A DNA stretch of 64,000 bases from Haplodiscus bocki (GCA_965655095.1 OZ296652.1:70742001-70806000), one strand, 5' to 3'. Positions 1 to 14,124 are shown, counted from the stretch's first letter. The notes: generated from the letters alone by a model not told the origin. Made by a program: numbers and translations.

Positions 1-383
1 GTTTCATGTGTCGGGACGACTCTCGTTGTCTGAGATGGAACAAGGTGTGTGACGAACGAATGGATTGCTTCGATGGAAGTGACGAGGTTAACTGCGAACT
101 GCCTCCTCCCAACATCGAGACTACTTGCCCTGCCCAAGAATTCATGTGTTCGCACTCGCATCAATGTGTAACTATCTCTGCTTGCTGTGATGGCGTACGA
201 GATTGCGAAGATTTCTCGGACGAGTTGATTTGCAACCGAAAATTGGACACACCTGACAACCCCTGTCTAGTAGGAGAGTTCTGGTGCGTTGACGGAACCC
301 GCTGTCTTCCCACTAATGCACTGTGTGATCATGTCAAGCATTGTCCCGATGGCTCGGACGAGATTCTTGAAATTTGCAATAAA
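1..383 (+). CDS. Exon encoding three LDL-receptor class A (LDLa) repeats of an LRP/LDLR-like or other LDLa-containing extracellular protein (partial; begins before the window)
   Basis: The frame is open from base 3. It has three six-Cys modules with acidic D-x-S-D-E ends: CRDDSRCLRWNKVCDERMDCFDGSDEVNC; CPAQEFMCSHSHQCVTISACCDGVRDCEDFSDELIC; CLVGEFWCVDGTRCLPTNALCDHVKHCPDGSDEILEIC. Likely donor AAA|GTAATG at 383/384; alternatively a terminal exon ending at TAA 393-395. Confidence 0.92.
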
Positions 384-1899
384 GTAATGATGTAAAAATT
401 AAATACCGTGCACTGCGTGCATTAGATGAATTCAATTTCCAATATAAATCTAATTTGAAATGTGAATCCACGAGAATGGACATTCGCATAATGTGATACT
501 GTATGGAAAAGGTCAAGGCAAAAATTCACCGGTGAAGATAGTGCTTTTGTTTTACTGCGGAAATCGGAAGTCACTATGGCTCAAACAACTGGGCCACAAA
601 GGGGACATGGAACGTTCCAGAGTTGAAGCTAAAAATATGGTCTTTCATTCGGAAAAATTAGCTCGATATCGTTGGCTCTTGGTAAACTAGAATCAAATTT
701 CAAATTTCAGCACTTTCGAAAAGCTGGATTGAATAGTCGTACGTGCAGTAATTCACGGGCATTGATTAATGGCAGGTAAATATTATCAGTCACGCCTGCG
801 AAAGAAACTTGAGTGGTTGGAAACGTTTCAGAGTTCGCGCGTATGCGTACCAATATACTCCAGGTAACACTCCTGGTCCACTTGTGTGATCAGTTACTCA
901 ATGGTGGAAGTGTATCAAACTGGTGGTGGTGGTAAATTTGAACAGCAAAGAAAATGTTGCTCCTAGCAACTGTTTTTCTGATGAATGCGGATAACGTAAG
1001 TTGACCTACGTGCATCTGTAACACTTGTAAAACCATTCTCCAATTTTTAGCTCGTACGAGTGGAGTTAAGAGGGCAATCATACCGATCCTTTCAAATTAA
1101 TGCCAGCGAATTAACACGTGCGAGCTAACAGATTTGAGAATGTTCATTGAATCACCAAACACCCTAAGACATTGTAAAAAAAGCACAAAATCGTTTCAAA
1201 ATCAAAATTGCTTCTCGGCATTTTTGGTTTATCGTGAAAATTTTGCAAAAAAAAACTTACACGTTTTCATTTCGCTGAGGCTTTTCTGGATGAGAGCGGT
1301 CAATTATCAAATTATTGGAAGATGTCTACTAGTTGGACAAAAAGAAGCTTGAAAAAAGGTTATGCCAATATTTGGTATTTTACCGACCATGAAAATTTTT
1401 CTTTGGCAAAGTCATTCTCAAGAGCCATTGATGAAGGAATGAAGTTCGTAGTTATAGAGGAAGGCAACTTCGAAAACCTAGACGTAGTTAATGATAACCT
1501 TTTTGTCATTTCCACCCGGTCATGAATTCAAGGCAGAGAAAAAAAATACGCACTCAGGGCTCAATGCTCAATGCTAAGCTCGTATCAAAAATTTCCCAAA
1601 ACCAAAAATTCGCCAGCAATTTTAAATGGAACCTCTTTGCTGCACAGATTTGATAAATCTAAGCTTTAATAGTGTTTAAAATATTGGTTAAAAAACCATT
1701 GGAAAAAACTCTGGATACACCTAAAACATAGTGCGTTAAACCTCGGAGTATCTTTTTCATTGCAATGCTAAAGCGTCTTCAATAAAAATCCCGGTTTCCT
1801 GGATATAGGACTAAGAAATTACAAACCTTCGAATGGTCCTAAAATTACAATCTTGAGGTTTGCTCTGTTAAAAAAATATTCGAAGACATCTGATTCCAC

Positions 1900-3800
1900 C
1901 TTAAAAACATCAAGTAGAAATTGGAGCCTCCTAGAAACGTTAATCAACATCTTCGGCCATTTTTAAACATAACTGTGCCAAGAAAAACAATGACAAATTG
2001 CTTGGAAAAAATCGAAAGCAGCTCGATAGCCACGTTCTCTAGCGAGAAAACCTGACAAAAATATCTGACCTCAATCATGTTCATAGATTAAAGACCACAG
2101 TCTCCTTGCTATGCCAGAAAAAACTGAGCCTCTCGAAAATTTGTTTGGAAGACATGGAATTGACGAAAGGAGTTCTGAACAAAACAGCTCTATCGTCAGG
2201 TTTCGTTCACTAAAAACCTACCGAACAAAACTGTTTTGTGGTCGCAGCCAAACCACAAGAGAAAATTGACTAAGGTAATTTGGTACTCTCGTGCAAAAAT
2301 GGAAGTTTCCTAGAAGCATTTCCAGTATAAAGGACTTCAAATTGACAAAAAAAGTCGAAAAAGCTTGGTTTTCCAATTTGTTTTGCGGAAAAAAACAATC
2401 AAAAAACATTGACACCGGAACAATAAGATAAAATCCTGTTTTGAATGGTAAAACTTTGAATTAAGTTATCTACAATTCAAACCGGTTGATGAATTGGTGC
2501 CACTATAAGACAGATCAAAATGACAAGTATCTTCGGAACACCAGAAAAAGCTGAATTTCCAAGAATCCTGCAAAAAAGCGCAACTGACCCAAAATAGGAG
2601 GTACACAGTTGAAGCCTCCTTGTTACAATTTGTGGGATTTTCAGTAGTTTTCAGACATACCTCTCGCAAGATAATGAATTTTGAGCAAAAAAAATGGAAT
2701 AACAAATCGGTTGATTATCACGTTCTGCGGCCGAAAAATCTAGCGGAATGTTTTTCGACATCAACAATAAGTCCATAAATAAAAAAACCGGAGACTTCGT
2801 GTTATGCTGATGGATGATTGTGTGCTTTTTCAATCTTCCAATACACAGTACAAGAATTGACCCGAAAAAGTCCATATGGCTGAAAAAAGCTCGACTTTGA
2901 AGTTTCTTTTCCTAAAAAAGCTATCGAAAACCTCTGCAAACTCTGACCGCAGCCAAACTTTAAGCGACAATCAGAAAATTTCTTATAATGGCCCTGTAAA
3001 AAATGGGCTCATTTTGGAAGTTTTCCGAGTGTATAAAAGTTAAACTTTTCTGAATGTAAATTAAAAAAAAATAGAAGCGCAAACTTTCTTCGCAGAAGAC
3101 CTTTCGAAAACTTAGACAACGGAACAAATAAACTACACTCCCATAGACGTGTATCCATCATAAAAACCATACAAATTACAATTACACTGACGCTGTAGGT
3201 GCCAGGATAAAAAAATTTCAAAAACATTTTATTTTTGAAAAACCAAAAAATTTCAATTTGGAAGTCTTTTTCGTTAAAAATCCCATAAAAAACATTTCTT
3301 TCAGTGGATGAATTGAAACAACTACCCTTGCCAATGCAATCCCAAGGTTTTTTTTACTTGCGTCTTGTGAAAATAGCTATATATTAAAAAAGATTGCTGA
3401 AAAAAGTTTGATTTTTGAAATCTGTTAAAAAAAATGTACGCCAAAACATCGCCACTGCACCTAGACTCACCTATCTGAAAAATTTTACAACTTTTCCTGT
3501 AATGATTGCTCAAGTTTAGAGTAAAGTGGTGAATTGACAAACAAGTGCTAAACTAAACAAACTGAAACTCCCAGAACACTTCGAAATACTCGATGAAGTC
3601 TCGATGATAACATTTTCCCCCAGAAAAACAGATCGAGAAAATGTCGGATCACAACAAGTGAAAGAATTTGCACCTATCAAAAAATCTGTCCGAAAGAGAG
3701 GCAATTCACAGCCCTGAATGCACAGATGAATGACCTACAGTATGGAAAAGTTCGTCAGGTTAGTTGAAATTAACAAGACTGTCGAACATTTTTAACAAAC
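1900..3800 (+). pseudogene. Very degraded Ty3/Gypsy pol (RT-RNase H) remnant
   Basis: Only scattered motif-like pieces: KTALSSG near 2180, LLQFVGF near 2625 (cf. LQ.FLGF.NYY) and an RNase H-like stretch near 2790-2900. No long ORF. Confidence 0.25.
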
Positions 3801-4399
3801 AAACAATCGAAAATATCGATCCGGAAGTAAAATCCGGTGTGTGTGAAAAAAAAGGTCCCTTGTTCTAGTCTTTGCATAAAATAGGCATTGTGTAGTCCCA
3901 CATGAGAAAACAAAACACTTGTTATTCGCCAGTTTCTGACTTGACGCTAACAAAATTAGCTCGATTTCCAGGTTTCCTCTGCAGAAAAAACATCTAAGCA
4001 AAACTTCTACCACTGCCAAATTTATTGCCTGTCAAAAGACCGTTTTTTCTTAAATGTGTTCACAAGCAGGCATTTTGCAGACCAAAATGTACAGAAAACA
4101 ATTTATTATAACAACTTTGGTCAAAACGGCCAAAATTAGCTCACTTTTCAAACTTTAGCGCAAATACAGCTTTTAGAAAAAAACGGACGGACGGCATCAG
4201 AAACAAAGAATGTGATAGGTTGGAGTTTTCTTTCGACGTTTTTGCAGATATCGAAAAAATCTGTCGGTGGAGAAATTTCGAACTTTGGAAAAAAACCAAT
4301 TGGGCTGATTGTTAAATGGAGAACTTGCCTCCGAATGGTCCTGCGTGTGTGAGTCTCAATAGGCTTGGCTTCACTCTCGTTATGGGCGGTTGAAATTAT

Positions 4400-4800
4400 T
4401 GAGCTTTTGGAAAGTTCTCTTCTGTCGAAACTGTTGGTTGAGGCTTCTGCAGGAGCAGTGAAACAGCTAGTGTGAAGTAAATTTGATTTTGAATGTCCAG
4501 AGATGTCATTGATATGAGCACTTTTGGCGCTTTTTTTCGTGCATGAAGGTTCCGACAGGAAAAAAATTCACAATTGGTTATCATCATAGTCGTTCACATG
4601 CAAAAAGTTGCTAATTGAGACATTGATAGACGTTTTTAAGCAATCTTTGAATAGACATAGCGTAAAATCATTTTGAAAGTTTGGATTTAACGAAAATAAC
4701 AGCGCTTGTTGCCAATTTTGCGTCATCAAGATTCCGACAGAAGCAACACAAATTCTTATTCTTCTATTTAATACTCCTCTCCAGACACAGAGCTGTCGGT
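4400..4800 (-). pseudogene. Degraded Gypsy RT fragment
   Basis: Minus strand gives IRICVASVG (cf. RxCVDYRxLN), followed by MITNCEFFSCRNLHARKKAP (cf. TAF.T..G.YEF..MPFGLKNAP) in ORF 4396-4587. Confidence 0.3.
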
Positions 4801-5329
4801 TGAACCCTTGAGGCAGAAGGTCAAGCAGATAGTTTTGGATAGTTATGAGTTTGAAAACCGGGATATGCAGTTATTCACAGCAATTTTGACTTTTTTAGAC
4901 TGTTGGGAATCAGACGCAAAGAACTCATGATTTTCTTTTTGAAAAGTCATTCTCAATTGAAAGTGTGTCGACTGAAATCCTAACGAAAAAACTGAGTCAA
5001 GTATTCATGGCGAGGAGTGATGTTCAACATTCAATAAAACCAAAACTTAAGATTAAATTTATTTGGGTTTCTTCTGGCAAAAAAACATGATGAAATACGT
5101 TTCTTAATTTTTAAACTTTTCCGGACTTGAGAGGAATGTTTTTTACAGGGTTATCAAAACTTCATTCTACGTACCCATAGTGTCAATTTTGGAGAAATAA
5201 ATTTCTGACAAAAATGTAATTTTTTTTTGTAATTTGAACTGAAAAACATCGAGCGTTGACGAAAAAGTTTTCGGCAAGAATGTGAAAGCTGCGTTTCAGG
5301 AGAAAAACGTGAAAATGTTCAAATTGGCA

Positions 5330-5600
5330 AATTTTGGAGATGAAAAAGTTTACTTACTGAGAGATTGATCTTCCAGTCGGAATATGTTACGTCTGGGATC
5401 ATATGTTTGCACCGGTAGGCTATCCAAATGTTCAAAAGCATCTGTGTGTCGACTGATGGGAAAGTATAAGTTTGAGCCTTGCTGTAAACTGCCCGAAGTG
5501 ATTTGTGCCCTGACTCGCGGATGCGAAATGTCCGAAGTCTGCTAATCGCTAGGGCCGTTTGTATCCAAACAAAAATAGATTTGTTACGTAAGAATTCGCT
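5330..5600 (-). pseudogene. Degraded Gypsy integrase zinc-binding (H2C2) region
   Basis: ORF 5319-5651 contains ESGHKSLRAVYSKAQTYTFPSVDTQMLLNIWIAYRC, resembling GHLG..KT..K....FYWP.M...V..WI..C..C. Confidence 0.35.
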
Positions 5601-8049
5601 TCTTCCACATCCAAGTTTCGCCGCGTAACTTTCAAAATTCGAAATCTTCAATGTGAATATCTTCCAAAAACCACCAACAAAGAGAAATAGTAAAGTTGAA
5701 AAATGTGAGAACTAGCTCAGAATGCTCATCCACGTTTTCATTCTTTCATTTGTTGCTTTTCCGAAATAATTTCAAGTTTTGCTTTCTGATATCTCGATTT
5801 TTATTCGATTCGTTTAATGTTTATGTTCTGCTGAGATTTTCCGAGATTATCGGGATAGTTTTCCGATATATCGAGCGACCTTTCAAACGGAAAGTTTATT
5901 GGACTGTGACTTCTCAACAATTCTGCCACAATATAAACTTCAAGTGAAAAATGTGATCAAAATTGGATTAATAAATTAGTCATTTGCGGAATTTACCCGA
6001 CAGAAGGGGCGGGCTGTAATACCAACCCGGCTGAATTAGCGGGAAGAAATGGCGGGCAGAAATATAAAAATGGTCAGCCCAGACAACTTGAATTTTCAAA
6101 ACGGACCGCTAGGTAACAAATAAGTCTTGAACGTTTTTCAGAGGACCAATTTAATGTTGAACTTCAACTATCATTCGTGGAAATAGGAGTGAGAAATGTG
6201 AAGAAATACTAAGAATCTTCGCTTTTAGACACGTGCAGACACATTTCCCTAAAAATAATTTAGTTCCCCAGCACCTGTTATTTTCACCGTCCTTCGACGT
6301 TGAAGTGCAACCTTTTGGCCCGCATTTCATGACCGTCCAGCTGCAGCTGTTCTGAATTAAATAACTGCTTTCCAAGCATCTCGATATAGCAATGACTCTC
6401 GTGCTTCCGCGCGCGACAGCAGTTTTCTAATGCCTCGATGCTAGCAAACGCATTTACTTAACATAAACTTAAGTGCCCGGAGGAATTACAATCCGCTCCG
6501 AAAACATTGTTGCCCAAAGTTCGGTTCTGATTCCGAGGGCTACCAAATTACATCTCTCTCACCAGTATCGAGCTCAAACAAGCTGTCATTCAAGCAATTG
6601 CTGAAGCTGGTTTGATGTTTTTACTAACATCAGCCATTTCAAGTGCTGCAATTTTTTACATTTCAGGTTTTCTAAAGATTTCTAAAAGGTTGGCCATAAA
6701 AAACGGACCACCGTAATACGTTGCTGTCTTGCTTTAGTTGCTCTTAGTTTGTTGCTGAACATGCCGACGTGATCCGTCATTATGTTATACTTTTTACTGT
6801 GGCGGCTAGTTTTCGATACTTAGTCTGCTAACTTGTTTTCAAACAGAAATTTTTGTTTTTCAGAAAACTGTCGTTGTCCATTTTCCGGACAGTCCTTGAT
6901 TTAATGTTTTCTATTACTGCCCGCCCTCTCATTTTCTTGCCCGCAATTTTGAACACGTTCAGAAGAGTCAATTTTTGTTCAGAAAACAACGAAAGCTTTA
7001 ACGACAAAATTTGTATCCGATATGATACCTTTTGATTTTGGTTTTTAACGACTTTATCACGCTTTTGAATTATATGATCATTACAGGAAAAAGAATGGAC
7101 AAGATGCCCGGCAAACTCTGTAATATTTTTGGCTTCACAAGTTAGGAAACAAATGGTTGAAAATTGTAATTCCAACCAAAAAAATTTCAAAAAATTGTTG
7201 AAAATTCGCCGAGAAAGTCGGAAAAAGAAACATTTTTTCCTGAACTTTATTGAAAAAAACACTAAAACTTTGCGAGAAAAACAATTTTTCGGAGAAACTT
7301 TGATATAAATGGCATTCAATGGCAATTAGCAACAAGACGGCGGGCTAGCTGTGGCGTTATTTTTACAGCATTACAACGTTTTATGATCAACTTTCGTGAC
7401 TAGTTAAAAAGATCGAGAAAAGTGATGAAATTTTTCAAAAGTTTCCATTAAACATCATCTTCACCGTTGTTTCTATTATACATTAGATAGCATTATCATA
7501 TCATTAGGGCTCCAGAGCAAAAATAAAAACCCAAAATGGTTTTTTTGAAACATCCTCATAAAAAACAGTCTAGTGAGACGTTGATACTGGAACTGCAGCT
7601 GATATTTGTAAAAAAATGGCTATGAAAAAACCACTACAAATAACATTTTTGCCAATTGCGGCCAATGAGGGTCCTAATGCCAAGAAGACATCTCGCAATG
7701 AGTTCATCGATTTAATTTTTCAATGGAATAAATTGTTCCCTGGGATTTTGACGGAAAACTGTGCGCCTTTGCAAATTTTGGCCTTTTCATCCAATCACTA
7801 TTCTGGTGATAGTAAAAAAACAAAAATTTCATATCTGAGAAACTGTGTTCAAAAAAACATTTGTCCATTGACGCGGCTCGTAGTTTCGGGAAATTCGTTC
7901 GAAAAAATCAAGAATCCTCGGACAAATAGATAACTTTTCGAAATTTCGGCCTATCAGATTTTTGTTGAAAGGATGGGAATGGAAAATAAAAAAAACTATC
8001 AGTTATTACGAGAGAAGAATTTTTTGACTAAGACCTCCCGGGAAATTAT

Positions 8050-9320
8050 GCAGACGGTTGTTTGGAAGCAAACCGAATGCGAATAGCCAATCCAAACGTG
8101 TCACAAGAGTACTCAATTTTGGGGAAAATTGGACTGTAAGTTCTCCTTAACAAAGAACGGGGCCAAAAACACAATTGAGCAAATGTTTAGAAGCAAAAAA
8201 TTTTCAATATACAACATCATCAAAAAAATGTAGCCAATAGTTTTGGTGAAGAGTAGGTTTGATTTCGAGAAAAATCAAACACTATTGCACTCCCTGGCAA
8301 GACCTCCAAAGCAAGGAGGCTAGCGAACAACATTAAATTTGATTGGTCAAAAAACATAGACACCTGTTGGATGACACCTTGATAGAAAGAAGTCAGAGAC
8401 TTGTTCTCGAAAAATATTCAAGTTCGATTATCAAAATAGATCATAGGATTTTTCAAATTTCGGCAAGTTCGCCTGATCTTGCTCCCGTTGCAAGAAACTG
8501 AGCGCAAAAGAATGCAATCAACTAACTATTGAAAAGTGTGATTAGTTCAATTTTCCAAAGTTTTGTAGGAAGAAAAGAAGTCAGTTGTATTGGGAAAGAG
8601 CTGCTTTTTTTCCAAGGAAAAATCAAACTCATTCGCATTGTTGGCAGCAGCGTTCCGCAAAACATCCGGTCGAAGGAAGTTTTCGAAAGAGAACTGTATT
8701 TGAAAGTTGTGCGAGATTTAGAAAACGTTTGAACGACACGTTGATAGAAGTTATACAGACAATGGTTTTGAAATGAACACTGTTTCAGTACCAAGACGAA
8801 GCAGACGAACTTTAAATTTTCGGCAGATTCGCCTTATCAAGTTTCCGTTGCTAGGAACTAAGCGAAAAATTTGATGAAAATTAACTTTTGAAAAGTACAA
8901 AACCATAGATTAGGAGACTGCTGGAGAAAATGCAGCCATTAGTCTAGGAAAACGTCTTTGTCGTTTTTCCCGAAAAACCAAACTTTTTTACATTTTTGGC
9001 CCTTCCGGTCCACCAAGCTCAACATGCAAGGATTTTTCCGTAGAATATTATTAGGGAAGACTGCTCTATAATTCGCAACTTGGTCAGTGGGTTCTTTTGA
9101 CAGGAAATCCACACGAATGGTTGTTCTGAAAAAAATCCAGTTCCGTTATCGAAACGAACCATAAGAATCTAAAAACTTGCCCTATTTTGGCCAACAGGCT
9201 TCCATTACAAAACACCAAACGAAATGTTTGAGAACTGAAATGTTCTTTACAATTGCAGGAAGTTGATTGAGACTTGTTGCAACAAATGCGAAGAGTTGTT
9301 TGGGAGAAAAGATCAACCGA
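8050..9320. repeat. Diverged ~355-360 bp tandem repeat (about 3-4 units)
   Basis: AAATTTCGGCAAGTTCGCCTGATC...CCGTTGCAAGAAACTGAGCG at ~8455 recurs as AAATTTTCGGCAGATTCGCCTTATC...CCGTTGCTAGGAACTAAGCG at ~8815. Weaker copies near 9170 and 8050-8100. Confidence 0.4.
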
Positions 9321-10569
9321 TTTTCCTAAAGGCCCACTTCGGACCTTGAGTTCACTTTTTAACTACGTTGGCTCAAAAACTGCGCGAACAAATTCATTGT
9401 CACTGAATGGTTTCATACTAGTAAAGATGAACCTGCTGACATATTAATGGGAATAATGAGGCGATAACTCTGGAAAAAACATGGTTCAAATAAGAAGAGA
9501 TATTCTCAATCCAATAGCTCTTTAGCTATTTGGATCCAAGAGTTTTCCGATGCAAGTAATATAGGCGACGAAAGAAAGTGTCGAATTTGTTCGCACGAGT
9601 TTAGCCTCGCTGATTTTATCCTTGATGAAGGAACTGTAGCTGGCAGTTTTGAAAAAAATATTTTTCGATTAGCAAAGAAAACTACACAAATGCTGTTGTT
9701 GCACATTCCGGGAAAATTTTTCCAATGCAATGGTAGAAATGCTAAAAACATTTCAATGAACAATCCTTCACACGTTTGCATTAGTCGGCTGAGTTGGGAA
9801 TTGGTCAGTCGTTTCGAAGAATTTTCGGTTTTGAACGCTTAATATTCTTAACAGTAACTTCCCGCGGATTTTTTCTTCCGAATCGAGATGCTGGTTATGT
9901 AGTCAGGCTATTTTGGTGTGGTACGACCCTCATAAGTATGAAATTGCACATTGTAACCCTGATGGAAAATATTCAGTTGTTGGCCTTGGAGGAGTTTATC
10001 TAACAAGGAGAGTTGTTCTAACAATGTTTTAAAGACTACTCTGGCTGTAGGAACTACACAGCGTACGCAACGACTTGTTCCAGCCAGAGTGTTTCTCGAA
10101 AGTGTTTTTTTTGGTGCGCGAAACAGAAAAAAAAACAGACTAAAAAAGGGTTCTCGAAAAAGTTTATCAGAAAAAATGATTAAATTTTTCATTGTAAAAA
10201 TCAATTCTATAATGAAAAAAAACTTCCTGAAAGTGGAAAATTATCGGACGGTCCAAAATTTTCTCGAAACTTTCTCTTTGAGATGGGAAGAGTTGGATCA
10301 ATTGGGAACACAAAGGAAGAGTAGCTCCAAGACAGAAGCTAATTTGTCAGAAACCATGAATTGTTTCCTAATAAATTTTGTACTGCGGTACAAGAAATAG
10401 CAAAAATTGTGTAAGTTTTTCAGGTGAGAGGAATTGCGCTTGTAGAACGTTTGGCGCTACGTTTTTCGGACCGTAACACTGCCTAAAACTCTAACACAAA
10501 ACGAAGCAAGCCTGCACGACGAAGTGTTCGTAAACTTCACAAAAGCGTTGAAAAACAGTAGAGTAGAAA

Positions 10570-10853
10570 GTTCAGGTTAATGCTGGGATTGCAGGATGTA
10601 TCTAGTGCTTCCGAACCCTGTTTTCGTACCCACTTTGCGTTAAATCTAACGCTTTGGGGAAAACAAACGTTACTTGGCACAAGAGCTTGGAACCCGGAAC
10701 TACTGCTTGAGAAATCTGTGTCCTAAACCCAGCTGTCTACATAAAGAAAGTTGAAAATTTGATGAATTGCCAAAGTTGTACTGAAAAGAAAACAAACACT
10801 CTTAGCTATTTATTAACTTTTTTTCCAATTAAGAGTGGGGCGAGGAAAACAAT
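10570..10853 (-). mobile_element. Interspersed element with two tandem tRNA-like heads (inverted copy of 42141-42430)
   Basis: Matches the reverse complement of 42141-42430, e.g. CTACTGCTTGAGAAAT, TGTCCTAA, TACCCACT, TAATGCTGGGATT. Confidence 0.7.
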
Positions 10854-11119
10854 TCAAATATATTATTAAAGACATTGTTTTGGTAACGTTTGGCAGATAC
10901 ATTCTTCGGTGCAGTCAGGAATGAACGCAACTGACCGACGACAGATATGGATAATAAAAACCTCGGTTCAACGACATGAAGGAAAAGGATTGGAAGACAG
11001 GGAAGAAATTAGCAATGGTGGTGTAGAAGAGAAAAAAAAGCATAGGGTGAAATTGTAGATGTTACCTCGCTAACTGCGATGACAATCGATCCAGAAAAAA
11101 GTTCTGGAATAAAAGCGAC

Positions 11120-11540
11120 AAAGAGTGGATGATCACAGAAAGGGGATCTTTGTCATGAACGTTTGGATGTGCAACACTAAAGGAATCATTGGGATCTGTT
11201 TTCTCCCGGTCCCATTCTAGTCCTTGGGACCCAGGTTGGATCAAAACTCTGTTTTCGCCATCTGACGTTAGCTCGGTGTTGGGACCGTTATGGTCATTGT
11301 GTAGTGAGTTCTCTCAAAGGGAATTCAAAGTTTCTACTATAAAAAAATTTGATTTACTCATGTCATCTTTCATTTTCCGATTCAACTCGTTTTCTATATT
11401 CAAAGAGATCCGGTCAACTGGCTCTTCTGCTAAGCTTTTTATTTCAATATCTAATCGGGCGGAACTGCACTGAGGTGAATTTACCCCATTTTGATTGTCT
11501 CGTTGCGTGTTTTTTTTCTTGAGAGTTCTGGTAGGCATTC
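11120..11540 (-). pseudogene. Possible gag N-terminal/LTR-encoded fragment of an LTR retrotransposon
   Basis: ORF 11314-11538, MPTRTLKKKNTQRD...ISLNIENELNRKMKDDMSK, has a basic N-terminus followed by a helical segment. The same style is seen in the gag start at ~14380. Confidence 0.25.
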
Positions 11541-12155
11541 AGAACTTATTTACCATAAGTGTCCAACAATTCAGTATTTTATCATGCAAACGTATTGAAC
11601 AAGGGAAAAACATCTCTACGAATAATACAAAGCAAAGTTATTCTGTTATCAAAACAAAAACAATCATAAAGCATCAATGAATCATAATTCGGCATTTTTG
11701 TTCAGGTATCTTTTGCGCCACCAGACCAGCGCCTGCGAAAAGATTTCACATTGCGCGTACTTTTAAGGTTGTCCGGAATGAACAATCTAGCGACACTCAC
11801 TGACTTTCCCGGTTTTTTGCGTTACTTGCCAGGAACGTTCCAGACAGAGTTACGCTAATACGGAGGTGTACTGCATCGAATACTGCGCCAGAATTCTGGA
11901 TTTTGAAAATTTAGCAGAATACTGAGAACCTTCAATTAAGTACAAAACATTTAGTATGTTTTCCAACGTACATATATGTAAGAAAATAGATCGACAAACT
12001 CGTTGAGACCAAATTTGGTATAAAGGTCTAAGATACGCCTGCCAGTTTTAGATCTAAATTGGTAAAATTGCAAGAATCAGGTTCCCAGCGTTGATACAGC
12101 GCTCACATTGTTTTAAATTGGAGAAATATGGATACTACGCTTTGTAACAGGGTTA

Positions 12156-12245
12156 ATACAATTTGTGTAGTTGTACTAACTAAGTACGCGTTATGTCCAC
12201 TATACAATTTGTGTAGTTGTATTAAATAGGTACACGTTATGTCCA
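12156..12245 (+). repeat. 46-bp direct tandem duplication (2 copies)
   Basis: ATACAATTTGTGTAGTTGTACTAACTAAGTACGCGTTATGTCCA at 12156 and ATACAATTTGTGTAGTTGTATTAAATAGGTACACGTTATGTCCA at 12202. Confidence 0.9.
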
Positions 12246-13334
12246 AAAGACTAGAAGTGGGACTCAAAACTATAGTGCCGCAACGTAAACGGGATTCAAA
12301 ATGTGAAATTATTCGCCATAAATATGTGAAAACAGGTTGAAATCAGTATTAGGTGTTTCCGTTTTTACTGCACTTCATATACAATTGTTTGACTTTAATT
12401 GGACGATAGAAATGATTGCGTAACAGTTGGTTTTCGGTTTATTGCTTAATACTGCTAAATTATACTCTTGAATATAGGTTTCGGTGAACATTAGCGCTCC
12501 AGACAGGGAATTTGAGCTACAACATGTCCACTGGGAAAAAAGCTGCGTCCGTGAAGCGCTGTGACGTGCCCATTTTTTTGACGAGTTAGCATTTGAACGA
12601 ATTTTTGAACTTATATGTCACTTTTTTTCGAACAATACCTTCTCTACTTTTATTCTTTTATTTTTTGCAGATTTTTTTTCTTGAAAACTTGAAAAATTGA
12701 CCATACACAAAATGCTTTCTTTTGGAAGCATGTTTGCCGGGAAGAAAGAAACGCGACAGTAAAGCCGTTCTTGTTGCAATCTACCAGCAACCTCCGAGAT
12801 CAACAGATGAAAAACAGCGACTTCACGATCCAGACTTTTGCCTAAGCAATATAGGAATATGTTCATTTCAAGCCAAATGAGACACAAGAACCAAACATCG
12901 GTTAATTATCAAATATCTTTCGGAGAGACAGAAAAAAAGGAAGTAGACTGTACAAGAAGATAATGATTTTCACAAAAAATCAGTTCGAAAAACCAAACAA
13001 AAGTTGTCGAAGGCTGCAGCCAGTGACAACCGGACACAATAAATTATTTTTACCAGTTCCTGCATCGGCACGCAAGCTAACTCGTTGCCCTTATTACAAA
13101 GAAAATCATTGGTGAACTGACATTTGAATATGAAAAAAGGACGAAAAACCCCCCTTAGTTTACAAAGTCCACCATACCTACAAATAAACACCTACTTATA
13201 TACATATACAATTTGCAATATTGATTTGTATCTAATAAAGTCCCTACTTTTAACAAACACGCTAGCATCAATTGCGAAAACAATAAAAAAAATTGTCTAC
13301 AGTGTTCAATCGGCGTGCAGTATTTTAATCCTTT

Positions 13335-13665
13335 CTAAATGGTCAAAACAATTTTTCAACAAATTGCTGACCAACTAGCACCACTACAACTAAGTGGTCA
13401 AAAGTTGCTCACTAAGAATGAACTTTGACCAGTTTGCTCAAAGCAAACAGTCGACTCTAATTTAAGGCGAGCGGACGGCAAAACAAGGCAGTTTTGACCA
13501 GAATTAAATCGCGACCGTTTGAATGGCGCCAAAAATGGTGTTTATAAATATAAAAGCGAATAGCTAAAAAATTTTTCAGCCAATCATTGCTTACTAATGG
13601 TAACTCTCCAGTTAAAATTTAGTTGGCCACAAAACGACACTAGTGACCATTTTGTGACCATCAAA
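13335..13665. repeat. Cluster of TGGTCAAAA/TTTTGACCA motifs; probable decayed non-autonomous DNA element
   Basis: About eight TGGTCA/TGACCA copies in both orientations within ~330 bp. No terminal repeats or TSD resolved. Confidence 0.35.
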
Positions 13666-14124
13666 AAAACTTTCAGCCCACTCCCATAACCACAGTCGGA
13701 AACGATCACTTGTGCGCCTCAAAAAATATTCTACAGTACTAATCTCATGTTAAGAAACTTATGGTTGTTTGCAAAATAAACAAGTTACAAAGACATGAAA
13801 GTCCCCGCTATAATTTCCACCGTGCTTGTCAATAAAGCATGCGCTTTGAAAGACCACACACGTTCTCTCCAATATAATGGAGCTCCCAGGAAAAATCAGG
13901 ACCTTCGACCCAAAACATCCGGTAAACATTTTTTGAATGTAGTCATGTATCATCAATTTTTAAGTTTTTTGCAAATTTTTAAACTAAATTTTGTTTGGCA
14001 TGGTTTTTTGGCATTTTAGTCATGATATTTCAAACAGTTGCTTTTTTCAGAATGATTTTATGGGGATGTCATATATAACCCGGCGTAGTCGCTTTGATGT
14101 TTAAATTTTAGTTACAGTTACAAG

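Noticed and set aside
6828-7325. 165-aa minus-strand ORF
   Set aside because: It is a Phe/Lys-rich translation of A/T runs, typical of chance ORFs in these repeats.
12143-12425. Solo LTR (TGTAAC...GTAACA)
   Set aside because: There is no target-site duplication (CGCTT vs GTTGG) and no second copy in the window. It remains possible but unsupported.
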